This document shows positions 46,118 through 59,991 of a stretch of DNA of 64,000 bases, piece after piece. Each line of letters starts with the position of its first letter. Position 1 is the first letter of the stretch. A program made the position numbers and the translations under genes. The notes below the pieces were generated by a model. That model searched no databases. It was not told where the DNA came from and saw nothing but the letters and a program-made list of their open reading frames with translations. Origin of the DNA: Eledone cirrhosa (lineage: Eukaryota); contig OZ024765.1 in NCBI GenBank assembly GCA_964016885.1, forward strand, positions 21,886,001-21,950,000, read 5' to 3'.

Positions 46118-49100
46118 CTGGAAAAGACAAAAGAAGATATTTTTAATTGGTTGAAATATTTAGTGGGGAGTGTTGGTGTATTTGTGTGTGTGTGTGTGTT
46201 TCCATGTATGTCTATCTGTGTGTGTGTTTGTATGTATGTGTATGTGTCTCCATGTATGTCTATGTGTGTTTGTATGTATGTGTGTGTTTGTACTTTTGTC
46301 TGTGTATCTCTATGTATGTGTATATCTGTGTGTGTGTATGTTTGTATATCTGTGTGTGTTTCTCTGTGTGTTTGTATGTATGTATGTCTGTGTGTGTGTG
46401 TGTACTTTTGTCTGTGTATGTCTGTGTGTGTGTATGTTTGTATATCTGTGTAGCTCTATATGTGTGTTCGTAAGTATGTGTATATCTATGTGTGTGTGTC
46501 TCTCTCTGTATATGTATGTATGTTTGTCAGTGTATGTATGTCTCTGTGTGTATGTTTGTCAGTGTATGTATGTCTCTGTGTGTATGTTTGTCAGTGTATG
46601 TGTGTCTCTCTGTATGTATGTCAGTGTATGTGTGTCTCTCTGTGTATGTATGTCAGTGTATGTGTGTCTGTGTGTCTGTGTGTCTCTCTCTGTATGTATG
46701 TCAGTGTCTGTGTGTCATCCATGTTTCACAATGAAATATACCTTATATATTCGAGAGAGAAGCTATATAATAAAGCTGGATGTGAGATCAGTTCTGGTGT
46801 ATACGAGACAAACTACCTCCACTGATCTGGAGTTTACCCAACTGATAGAATTTATCTAACAACCTACATAATATCAATTAATTTAGGAAATTTTATAGTT
46901 AAATATAACATCAAATATTTCATTGATCTTATTTTAAAAGTATTTAAAGTTTGGAAGAATATATAATAGAAAATATATTGTGAGATTTGTTAGCTGCCAT
47001 GATGGAAATAACAAAAATTGCAAATGGCTGAACTAACCTGAAGCTGGAAGATAAGTGATACTTGGTGGTGGTATAAGACTGGAAGGTAATATGGTTCCAT
47101 CTGTAGACTTTATAGTTATCTTCATACTGAACTGATCGTGAGCATGGAGGCGGAGTTGTTCTAATGTGCTACTTATGTCGTATTTAAAGAGACGATCAAA
47201 TGCCCAGAACATCTCGTACTTGCCACCTAAAATACAGAATGTTCCTGCTGGTTTACATTCTCCGTCCGTGCGACATACATCAAATTCAACATCAGCAGAT
47301 TGTCCAATGGTACGTAACAGGAAGCCAGCATATACTCTGTCTTTTTTCTTTGAATTGTGTAATTCAACTTCCAACTGTGGAATGGTCATTCCATGGAAGA
47401 TGATGTTATCATAGTCGTAGTGTAAATTGTGATAATCAAAAGCTAACTCTCCTGTAGAGTGAGATTTTGTGTCTTCATTATGGTTGGCATCAGAACTGAA
47501 TGGGTTGAGATCTTTCTTAAGTTTATTGATTTCACAGTTGGCGCTATTATAGGGAAGTCCTCGATACTTCTGCAATGCTTGCCAGACAGCCCAGATTCGA
47601 TCTGTATTTGAATGATGTAAGTAAAAGAGTGGATCATAGGATGTGTAATGGAGAGTGGACATTCCATAAGGAGAACTTCCTCCTATCCAAGAGTGAATGG
47701 CATTGTGGGATATTTCAAACTGGATTTCAAAGTCACAGAAGTTAGTTTGTTCCAATGCAAACATAATTTGATCATAGAAGAAAGATCGACCTTCAAAGAG
47801 TTGATATCGCGGTTGTCTTGTGGTTATTTTATCAACTGAATCAATATGTCCGTGGTGGAATGGATTGTCCTTCTCTTCAGTAACCAACACTGGAAGCTCA
47901 GTAAAAGGCATAGTCCAGTCCCAATATGGAATACCTGTCTTGGCACCTTTTAACTTCATGGCATCTTCCATCTGCTTTACAAACAGTCTATGCCAATGGG
48001 GGAATGTTACCATTCCATGTTGACAGCAGGCATATTCTGTACCATTCTCATATTTACAGCCAAGTGGCATGCCGTGGTAACCAGCAATTTTCTGAAATCC
48101 ATTCTCAGAGTGGTCAGCCATAACATCAGTTAAAGCGTGTCTTAAGTTGTCAATCTCAGATGGGGTCAAACTGTTAACATTCTTCCTAATAATTGCTCCC
48201 TCAGCATGGTCAACATGGTGGTGTCGATGGACAAATCCTGTCAAAACAAAACACAGCAAGTTATCAGCTATGAAATAACAAAAACAGGATAGAAAGAATT
48301 TTAATATAACCCAATAAATTTCTTTAGAGCTATGAATCATGGACTTCATGAATCAGACGTGGAGATACCTCATGTCTACCGAGATGTATTTCTATCACAG
48401 AATACTCAAGATCTTGTACGTTGACTGAATAAATAATGAAGAAGTTTTGAAGAGAGTGAGGATGGAATGTAAGATACTGCTTACTATTAAATAGAGACAA
48501 CTAATGTTCCTAGGACATGCTGGAAGACCTTTCTATTAGCGGAGAAATTCATGGGGAATGTGTCAGAGGTTAGCAAAGGAGGTCATTTTTTGACAATATC
48601 AACATTAAAGCCACTGAAATATGGCATCTCACTTGAGATCAAACAGTGTGGAACGTCATGGTTCGTCAAACACTCATACAGTGATGGCACAAGAAGAAGA
48701 AGAGATAAATTATTGATTGAAATATATTTCAATTATGAAAAATAAACATTTTTTATATACAAAATCTCTGAATGTCATGAAATTCTGTTGACATTGTATA
48801 AAAGTTATTGAGCAATATTGGCTGGTCACGCTTAGGGACCCAGCTGGGTGAGTTGGAGATGGTTGCTTCTGACAGGGCCTGATGGAGGGAGTATTTGAGG
48901 ACTCTGAACCCCCACAACCCTCTTGGGAATAAGTGGGTGAAGAAGAAGAAGAAGAAGATATGTGTTTATATTTTCATTCTGTAAGAATTATGAACAATGT
49001 GTAATGTTATGTATACAAGTGTGAATAATAAAAAATATGCTATACTATCTTACCTTTAGCGGGAGAGTATACCAATGAAGGTTTAGGGAGAGAACTCTGA

Positions 49101-52100
49101 TCTAAAACAACGCCATCTATTGTTGTTATTTCAATCTCTAAATGTACTTTACTGTTGTGATCAAAGAGAGACTCCATGGCGATACCCTTGTCTTTTAGAA
49201 CACTTGTGATGTCCATTTTAAAGGTTCTATCAAAATGCCAAGGCATCTCAGTTTCTCCTCCTAAAATAAACACAACACCAACTTCGGAACATTCCTTGTC
49301 ATCACATAACTTCAGGTGGACATCAGCCGATGTTTTGATGCCGTGAAGTAAGAAAGTAGCAAACACACGGTCCTTGTTTTTCAGTTTCTGAATTTCTTTC
49401 TCCAAATGTTCCGTATCCATACCATATAAATCTAGGTTGTCGTATTTATATCCAAAACCTTTGTAATCAAATAACATACTTGGAGTAGACAGAGCTCGGG
49501 TATTGAGACTTGGGTTTGATTCCCAGATGAAAGGTTTCATAGCTACAGACATTTGGTCAAGGGCGCAGTAAGCTTTGTCGTACGGCATCTTTCTGTGTTC
49601 TTGTAAATCTTGCCAAATTGCCCAGAGACGGTCAACCTGAAATAATTTAATCAAATAAATTCAATCAATTCCTGTTAAATGTGAAACACAAACGAGGAAG
49701 ATCTCTCAAGACATTAAAGAGAATCATTGAGGAAGATACAGAATTATTTGGTGAAGAATTGAGGTGGTTAATGTTGGATTGTGGGAGATGGAAGGGTTTT
49801 ATCATGTCCTCAGAAAGTAGTAGTAGTAGAGGTGGTGGTGGTAGTAGAGGTGGTGGTGGTGGTAGTAATGGTAGTATACATATATATATATGTATAGGAA
49901 GAGAGTCAGGACCCCGGCGGCTGAGCTCCGGCTGTTAATGGCTTCCCCCTTTGTCTGTGTTCTGTTTGAAAATAAATGTCAGTTGTATGATTCAGTAACA
50001 TAACTTAGATTCTATTCTATTGACATGTCCCAACCAACTGACTAAGGCCATGCTGGGGCACCACCATTAATATATGACCAACCACAGGATGTCAAGCCCC
50101 GGGATTGAACCAAGGACCTTTAGATCTTCAGTCTAATGATCTCCTAACTCAGCTCTGAAGAAGTCAACGTGACAGATGTTTCTGTAAAAGTAGTGTGAAT
50201 GAAATAAGAAAGATGTAATATCAGAAAAGTTTTACTTACCATGGAATGATGAATGTAAAATATTGGATCAAAAGAACTGTACACCAAGCTAGACATGGCA
50301 TATTTCTGATGTCCTCCCAAAAGATAATGGACGGAATTGTGTATAACTTCGAATTGGACTTCAAAATCACAAAAATCGTCTTGTTCGAGCATCAAAAGAA
50401 CTTGTTTGTACAACAATGACTCTTTACCTCCCTTGGCAAAGGTGAATAACTCTGCTTGAATATCTCGTACAGTGTATGTATCTTCTGACTTGATGTAACC
50501 TCTGAGGAAAGGGTTTTCAACGACAATATCACTCCATGCATCATAATAATCAGAAGTAGACAAAAGATTTGGTAATTTGTCACTAGCCGTTGTCCAGTCC
50601 CAGTAAGGAACTGCCACATTAGAACCATGTCTTCGGAGAGCTTCTTCAAATTGTAAGATATAAACACGATGCCAGTGAGGGAAAGTAGCCATACCATGTT
50701 GGCAACAAGAGTATTTAGCATTCTCTGGATCAGGACACATTATAGAGCCGTGATAACTAGCAACAGTCTGGAATCCAAAACTGCTCTCATCTTCTTTCAT
50801 ACGTGTTAAGGCGGCCATGATATTTTGGACATCTCTTTCTTCCAAAGAGTTGATGTTTCGACGGATTCTGTTGTGTGGAATAAATCTTTGTTTGTCTTGT
50901 CCTGTTTCACAACAAAAGATGGACATTCAATTAAAACAGAGAATCAATAGATCAATAGATAGATTGTGATTGGTAAGAAATACTAGGGTTAAGTGGCTGA
51001 TAAGTTTCAATAAGCCGGTACAATACAGTAGAAATATATTGAGGACAAAAGATGACAAATGAAACAAAACAAAGTAAAACAATGTTGTCTCTGATTGAGT
51101 TGAAGCGAGAATGTATTTCAATACATATAAAAATGAGAAAACTTATCGCTAGAACAGCTGTTAAAACAGATAAATGCTGTCAAAGACAGTGATGGACAAA
51201 AATGACTGTCACCCACCTTGTGGATTGTCTCTCTCTTGACCATTGACCACTGGTCTCTGTCCTCTGAGACATTTTAAACCATCGCTGACTTTGACAGTAT
51301 TTAGATGCTTTAACAGCTGTTCTACTGGTGAGTTTTCTCATTTTTATATGTATTTAAAACAAAGTAATGTTTTACCCAGTATATTTCAATGTAATATTTC
51401 AGGGTTAAAACACTCTTTTCAAATGTACTAAGAATAAAGTATATTATTTTGGCGGTGGATTGGCAGTATCGGTAGAGGGTCGGACGCTATGCTTTCCAGC
51501 ATAGTTAGTTACGCCCTTTACGATCTGAGTTCAAATCCCACCGAGGTTGACTTTGCCTTTCATCCTTACAGGGTCGATAAAATAAAGTACCAGTAATGCA
51601 CTGGGTAATTGCTGGCCTTGTGCCTAAAGTAGAAACAATTATTTAGACGGCAGAATGAAGAGAAGAAAAATAAGATAATATTTAACCCTTTACCATTTAC
51701 ATTACTCTATATTTACTATTGTATTTTCACAGTAAAGGCTTTACCTCACATAATATCTCACATAACATTTACATTACTCTATATATACTATTGAATTTTC
51801 ACAGTAAAGTCTTTAGCTCACATAATACCTCACATAACATTTACATTACTCTATATATACTATTGTATTTTCACAGTAAAGTCTTTACCTCACATAATAT
51901 CTCACATAACATTTATATTACTCTATATATACTATTGTATTTTCACAGTAAAGGCTTTACCTCACATAATATCTCACATAACATTTACATTACTCTATAT
52001 ATATACTATTGAATTTTCACAGTAAAGTCTTTAGCTCACATAATACCTCACATAACATTTACATTACTCTATATATACTATTGTATTTTCACAGTAAAGT

Positions 52101-55100
52101 CTTTACCTCACATAATATCTCACATAACATTTATATTACTCTATATATACTATTGTATTTTCACAGTAAAGGCTTTACCTCACATAATATCTCACATAAC
52201 ATTTACATTACTCTATATATACTATTGTATTTTCACAGTAAAGTCTTTACTTTACATAATATCTCACATAACATTTACATTACTCTATATATACTATTGT
52301 ATTTTCACAGTAAAGTCTTTACTTTACATAATATCTCACATAATATCGAATCTATGAGATTTTGATATTATTTATTTTGAGAATAATACCTTAATTTTGG
52401 TATAAGCAGCTGGTTATGACCAGTTTGAATAGAAAGAGGTGAGAGATTTCTGGCTGGATACAACCGCTTTAAATGGGTTAAAGACAGACAACTTACTTAT
52501 TGCCGGAATATGAATAATAGTTGAATCAGGAATTAGGTGTGATGGTAACTCAGTTCCATTGGTTGTCTCAATATGGTGAAGGATGTGGAAATGAGAATCA
52601 AATTTCAGCTTCATATCGTGAAGAACATCAGTGATATCCATGAGATAAAGACGGTCAAAAGCCCACGGCATTTCAGCACTTCCTCCCAAAACAGCAAAAT
52701 GGCTGCCGTCATGACATGTATTCTTATCATCACAAACCTGAAACAGATTCACTTGGTTCACTTAAATTGAAACAAAATGGTGAAGAATTGAAGAAATGGC
52801 AGCAGAAATATATTTTTAAACCTGTACTTTGTCATTAGAGTGTGGGGTTTTTTTGATGTGTTATTGTGTATGTTAGAGTGTGTGGGGGCTTCAAGTGTGT
52901 TATTGTGTGTGTTAGCGTGTGTGGGGGGTCTTTTGGTGTGTTATTGTGTGTTTTAGAGTGTGGGGGGGGGGGCTTCGAGTGTGTTAGTGTGTGTGTTAGA
53001 GTGTGTGGGGGGCTTCGAGTGTGTTATTGTGTGTTAGCGTGTGTGGGGGGTCTTTTGGTGTGTTATTGTGTGTGTTAGAGTGTGTATGTGTGTGTGGGGG
53101 GGGGCTTCGAGTGTGTTAGTGTGTGTGTTAGAGTGTGTGTGTGGGGGGGGGGGGGGGCTTCGAGTGTGTTATTGTGTGTGTTAGAGTGTGTGTGTTAGGA
53201 TGTATGGATATCTTATAGTGTGTTTTAGTGTGTGGGTTAGAGTGTATGTACTAAAGTGTGTGTATATATATGACATAGTGTGTTAGAGTGTGTGTGTGAG
53301 CATAAGAGAGTGTGTCAGAGTGTCTGTGTTAGAGTTAAGATGGGTGTTAATACTAGTGTGTAAGTGTGTTTATGTTAATATGTTAGAGTGTGAGTGTTTT
53401 AGAGTGAGTGTATTTGTGTGTGTGTATGTCTTTCTGCTAGAGTGTCTGTGTGTGTGTGTATGTGTTACTATTAGTGAGTGTGTGTGTTAGTGTATGTGTG
53501 TGTGTATGTGTTAGAGTTAGTGTGTGTTAGCATAGTGTGTGTGGTGGTCGTAAAACTGTATTTCACTATCAGTTAATGTGATGTACAGGTACTATACAGG
53601 TGTGTAAAGACAATATCAACTCACCTGGAATGTAACATAAGCTGATTGACCAATTCCTTTCAATAAGAAACCAGCAAACAATCGGTCTCTCTGTTTCTCT
53701 TGTCTAATATAATTTTCCAGTTGAGCAATGGACATTCCGTTCATTTCTAACATGTCATATTCATAATGGAAATGTTCTTTGTACTTGAACACATCAGATG
53801 GTGTTGAGTATTTGTAGGTATTGGGGTTCAAATTGTAAGGAGGACCGAATGAGAAAGGTTTCAAAGGTTTCGACATTAACTCAATAGCACAGTTGGATTC
53901 ATAAGCTGGAAGACCTCTTAACTTCTGAAGTTCCTGCCATATAACCCACAACCTGTCAACATTGGCGTGATGTATGTAGAAAGCTGGGTCATATGCAGCA
54001 AAGTGGAGGTGATTTAGGGAGTACAATTCCTTGCCACCAACCCATGAATGGATAGCATTATGAACAATTTCAAACTGAATTTCGAAATCACAATAATCGG
54101 TTTGTTCTAAAGCTAAAATGATGTTATTAAACAACCAAGTTTGTTTTCCCAGTTCTGGTTTTTCAAATATATGTTCACTGATATCTCGGCTGGTCATAGT
54201 TTCTTCACTGATGTATGATATGTGACCGTGGTTAAAGGGGTTAAACATCTCAACACCTGTATATGGGTTGACGTATTTCTCTAAGGAGAGGAAGCTAGGG
54301 ATTTCTGTCATTGGATAAGTCCAGTCCCAATAGGGTACACCGACTTTAGCTCCGTGTCTTTGTAAAGCTTGTTCAAACTGTACAACATACAGACGATGCC
54401 ATTGAGGGAAAGTAGCCATGCCATGAAGGCAACAGGCATGGCGATGTTTAGCTGTTGGATTAGGACACATGGGTGGTAGAGCGTGGAAAGTTGCTATATT
54501 TTCGAAACCGTCTGAAGAATGGTCCTTTTGCATACGTTTAAAAGCGTGCATAAGAGAATCAATCTCATCCAGGGATAAACGTTCAATGTTCTTTCGTACA
54601 AGGTTTACTCTTACTACTTCCCCCTCACTGCTCTCGGTGTGGTCGTCTGAAAATTAAGGAGAACAAACTTCAATATAATCCTGACAATGTAGAATATATT
54701 TTATTAAAAGACAAGGAAAAAATAATCATTTTTGAGAGATCACAGCTCTGATAGTACAGACATGTGGTTAGAATGTCTGAGGAAAGAATCTCTGAATTGA
54801 GAGACCACAGCTCTGATACTACAGACATGTGGTTAGAATGTCTGAGGAAAGAATCTCTGAATTGAGAGACCACAGCTCTGATACTACAGACATGTGGTTA
54901 GAATGTCTCAGGAAAGAATCTCTGAATTGAGAGATCACAGCTCTGATACTACAGACATGTGGTTAGAATGTCTCAGGAAAGAATCTCTGGATTGAGAAAT
55001 CACAGCTCTGATACTACAGACATGTGGTTAGAATGTCTCAGGAAAGAAACTCTGAATTGAGAGATCACAGCTCTGATACTACAGACATGTGGTTAGAATG

Positions 55101-58100
55101 TCTCAGGAAAGAATCTCTGGACAGATTTTTCAGGCAAAACCAACTGGCAGGTGACCCAGGGGTAGACACCCAGAGCAAGGTGGCTGAGAATGTGAAAATA
55201 TTGTTGTGTTTCTCAAAGAAAAAAAGATTATCTTACCATGTTTTGGAACAAATATAATGGTTGGATCTGGGAATATCTTCTTTTCTATCTTTGATCCATT
55301 AACGGCTCTAACTTCAGTTGAAATACGGAAGTGACTGTTATGGTTAAGTCCTAATTTGGTGAGAGCATCAGTTATCTCATAACGGAAGAGGTTTTTGAAT
55401 CTCCATGGCATTTCTGATTCTCCACCTAAGACGGAGAACACTCCGGCATAGTTGGCACAGTTTTCTAGATTGACACCAGTCGGAGCACAAATATAAATTC
55501 TAACATCGGCAGAAGCTTTTATTCCGTGTAACAAGAAGCCAGCAAAAACACGGTCATGCTGTTGTCTTTGATGATGTAAAAGGTTTTCCAACTGAATAAC
55601 TGTGAGACCATTGAATTCAAGTGTGTCGTATTTGTAATGGAAGATGTTCTGGTAATCAAACACATCATTTGGTCTGCTGTGAGTGAGGGTCAAATGATTG
55701 CTGTTTGCTGTTTTGTTGCTGAAAGGACGCATTGGTTTGTTGAGCAGTCCAAGAGCACAGTTTGCGCTATTATAGGATAATTTACGGTAACGCTGTAATT
55801 CCTGCCAAATAGCCCAAAGACGGTCAATGTTGGCATGATGGAGGAAGAATATTGGGTCATAGGCAGCATAATCAAGTGATGACATTGAATGAGGGTCACG
55901 ACCTCCTAACCAAGAGTGGACACTGTTATGAAGAACTTCCAAATGAGTGGAAAATTCACAGAAATCTGTCTGTTCCAAGGCAAACAAGGCATGTTCATAT
56001 AAATAACTGTTTCCATAGAGATCTGGTTGAGGATCACGATCAGTTATTGTGTTTTCAAACGATATCTTTCCATTGAAGAAAGGATTTTGTTCAATATGAA
56101 GAGTACGGGAATTATAGAAGGTAGCTTCACTTACAAGTTTCGGCAGTTCATCAAAAGGTTTTAACCAATTCCAGTATGGTATGGCAACAGATGAACCTCT
56201 CGCCAGAAGTTCGTGTTCAACAGACACAACATACATACGATGCCAGTGAAGAAAGTTAGGCATACCATGTAAACAACATGTATATACTTTACTACCATCT
56301 TCATTGGGACATTTAGCTGGAAGTCCATGGAAAGCCGCTATTTCTTCATATTTTCCATCAAGTTTGATGTGTTTGAAAGCATTCCTCAGAGATTCTATTT
56401 CACCTCCTTTCAAATTGTCTAGATTTTTCCTGATTCTATTGGCACTTGTTACAGGTTCAATCCAGTCGCGATCTTCACCATATCGACCTGCAGGTAGAAA
56501 GAAAGAGAAGAAAAGATCGTATTTAATCAAATATTTCAGTCTAGAACATTACAAAGACATGAAAACAAATGAAATATCTTTTGATCAAACTTGATTTAAT
56601 AATTATATTTGTGGAAAAACATCTCCAATCTAACTTCAGAAGAAGAGATGGACTCCACTAGGTTTTAAAAATGTCCTAGAAACTCTGTATGTCAATATGC
56701 TAAACTCCTAAAACTCCCCCAAGAGAAAGTTAAGGGACCAGACATACATATTTGATATTCAGGACTTAATTATTCAAAGCAGAAATTTCGTATAATTTCC
56801 AGCTAACTTTAAAATTATTTCTTTTGCTACATTTTTTGTTTAATTTAGATATTATTATTATTATTTTTAAGCAGAAATGGCGCTTGTGGCCAATAAATGA
56901 AATCATTATTTTTAAGCGGAAGCGTGTGGCAGACTTAAAACTGTCCTAGAGATGCTGTATATCAATATGGCACCTCTACAACTGCCTCAAGAGTTACAGG
57001 ATAAAGAAGAAGAAATATATATGTAACCTAAGTTTTAACTTACCTAATCCTGGTTCATAAATAACTGCTGGTTCTAAACCAAGACTGGTTACTTCAGCAC
57101 CATTCATGTCTTTCAGTGTATATTCAATGTGATAAAGATCATTGTAATGTAGGTGGAGTCCTTCCATTTGTTTTGTAATGTCGGCCTTGTAAACTCTGTC
57201 AAACTTCCATGGCATTTCATTCTCGCTGCCCAATACATAGAATTCCCCAGCCTTATGTTGGTCAGTACTTCCATGTAATCGGATGTAATATTCAACAAGA
57301 AGAGACTGCTTGTGACCCTCAAGTAAGAAAGTGACAAAAACACGATCCCTAGCTCGACGTCTGTTAATCTCTGCGTGTAACTGTGGAATGGACATTCCGT
57401 TTACACTAAGTGTGTCGTATTCGTAGTGTAAGTTTTTCATGTAGTCGAACGAATCGAAAGGAACGGAATATTCCCGGCTTTGTGCGTCGACATTGATGTC
57501 GCTGGATAAACTGAAAGGTGACATTGGTTGACGAAGAATTTCAATAGCACAATTAGCAGAGTTGTATGTGTTACCTCGATGTTTCTGTAAAGCTTGCCAG
57601 ATGGCCCAGATTCTATCAACGTTAGAATGGTGAAGTAAGAAAATAGGGTCGTATGCAGTAAACTCGAGGGAAGACATTGAATAAGGCTCAGTACCTCCAA
57701 CTAATGCATGGATATGGTTATGTGCAATTTCAAACTGCACTTCGAAAGAACAAAAATCTTCCTGTTCAAGAGCATAAATAACTTCGTTTGCCAAAGGAGT
57801 GAATTCACCAAATTTTGGTTGTACGAACAGTTCAGCTGAAGGAGCACGAGATGTAGATTTTCCTATATGATCGATAGAACCACTGAAGAAGGGGTTTGAA
57901 TGACTTTCTCCCTTCTCATCGCTATATTGTTCTTCAACTACAAGAACTGGAAGGGAAGTGATAGGGTGTACCCAATCCCAATAAGGAATTCCTCCTTCGT
58001 AACCGTTTCGTCTTAAACCATTTTCAAAGTTCAAAGTAAGCAATCTATGCCAGTGTGGGAATGTGGCCATTCCATGGTGACAGCAGGCATATTTATGTTC

Positions 58101-59946
58101 AGCATCAGGACTTGGACACCATTTAGTTGATCCATGAAAGGCAGCTACTTGTTGGTAACCATTTTCTGTTTTATCAGCTTCGTAGTTTTCTAGAGCTTTC
58201 CTCAGTGTTATCATCTCGTGTTGGGTCAGGGTTGACACATCTTTTCTTGTACGGAAACTTTCGTCAAATTCAACGACTGCTTCTTCTGAAATAATTAAAA
58301 GAAATAATTTATTAAGTTTTTCCATAATTAATTATATAAATAGTGAAACAAAATGGGGAAGGGGTAAAGAAGGGCAGATCTGTGTGTATTGGAAAGTAAA
58401 GGAAAGAACTATAAATACCATAAATGAGAGGAAAAGGAGGGAAGAGAAAGGACTATTAGGTCACAGAAGAAAGAGAGGGGGAAGAGGAGAGAGTGACAGA
58501 CTCCACACCTAGGTTGGGGCCGTGTTTCAACTGCACCGCAGACAAAACTGCAAAAGTATTTCTAGGGACAATGGCCAGCATCACCCACTACAATGGCCAC
58601 TCCCACCTTGCGGGGCTTCTTTGTTTGTTTTTTATCTCTCTGTTATATATTTATATTTGTAATGTGCTTCAGAATGAATTGTGAGCAATTTATAATGTTA
58701 TTTACATATTGCTAATGTTATTTACATATTTCTAATGTTATTTACATATTTCTAATGTTATTTACATATTTCTAATGTTATTTATAAAACTGTAATTAAA
58801 AAAAATAAACCTTTAAAAAGAGATTTTGTTGATGAAGAAAATTAAGAAAGAATGTCTCCTTACTTTTGCCTGGTTCGTAGATGACAATTGGTTGTGAAAT
58901 AATGGTAGCTGGTAGAACTGTACCATTAACGTCTTTGATATCAACACGAAGAGAATAATCACCAAATGGATCAACTCCCAAAGCCTTCAGGGAATCTGTG
59001 ATTTCTTGTTTATATAATCTATCAAATCTCCACTTCATTTCTTTACTGCCACCCAGAATAGAAATAGTGGCAGCTAAATATTCATTCTCTCCAGCCACGA
59101 TATATAAATCGACATTTGCTGATGTTTTAATACCTTCCAAGAGGAATCCAGCAAAGACTCGGTCTAAGGACATCTTATGTTCGATGTGTTTCTGTAATTC
59201 TCTCACTGACATACCTCCAAATGACAAACTATCAAAAGTATAGCCAAGCTTCGCTTCGTAGTCATAAACATCTGTTGGAATGGCATGAGCTCTCGTGTGT
59301 TCGTTATTGTTGTAAGGAGATTCGAAAGCGAATGGTTTGAGAGGTCTGTGTATCTCGGAGTTGGCACAATATGCTTTATAAGGTTTTCCTCTGTGTATTT
59401 GGAGAGCTTGCCATATTGCCCATAACCTGTCTACCTGAGAGTGATGTATCCAGAAAAGGGGGTCAAAAGATGTGTAGTGTAGGGACGACATTGAGTAAGT
59501 TTCTTTTCCACCAATCCAAGCGTGAACAAAGTTGTGGGTCACTTCAAATTGTACTTCAAAGTCACAGTAATTATCTTGTTCAAATGCCAGTAATAAACCA
59601 TCGTAGAGTGGACAGTGGTCACCTTTGGCCGGTTGTTTCACCAATCTGGACAGAACAATAAATACAGAGATTGTCTTTAGATGAAACACAACAGACATTA
59701 TGATTAAACAAAACTACTTCCGTAATAAGGAGAAACAATCATTATATTAGTAGATAATTCTGGTCAAGAAAGGCAAGGGTCATAACTCTGGAACTGATAT
59801 TAATTAAAAATAAATGTATTTTACTAATTGCAGACATCATTAAGTATTTTCTTCCAATCATTCTTTAAAAATACATTAATAGATCGATACAGAACTCTCA
59901 GATAATTTTACATATTACCTAGGGAAAAATAACAGTTTTATATATG

Positions 59947-59991
<45 letters not shown>

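Noticed and set aside
44310-47030. Possible hemocyanin FU-h
   Set aside because: No Cu-site motifs; only repeats and a likely 3' UTR exon
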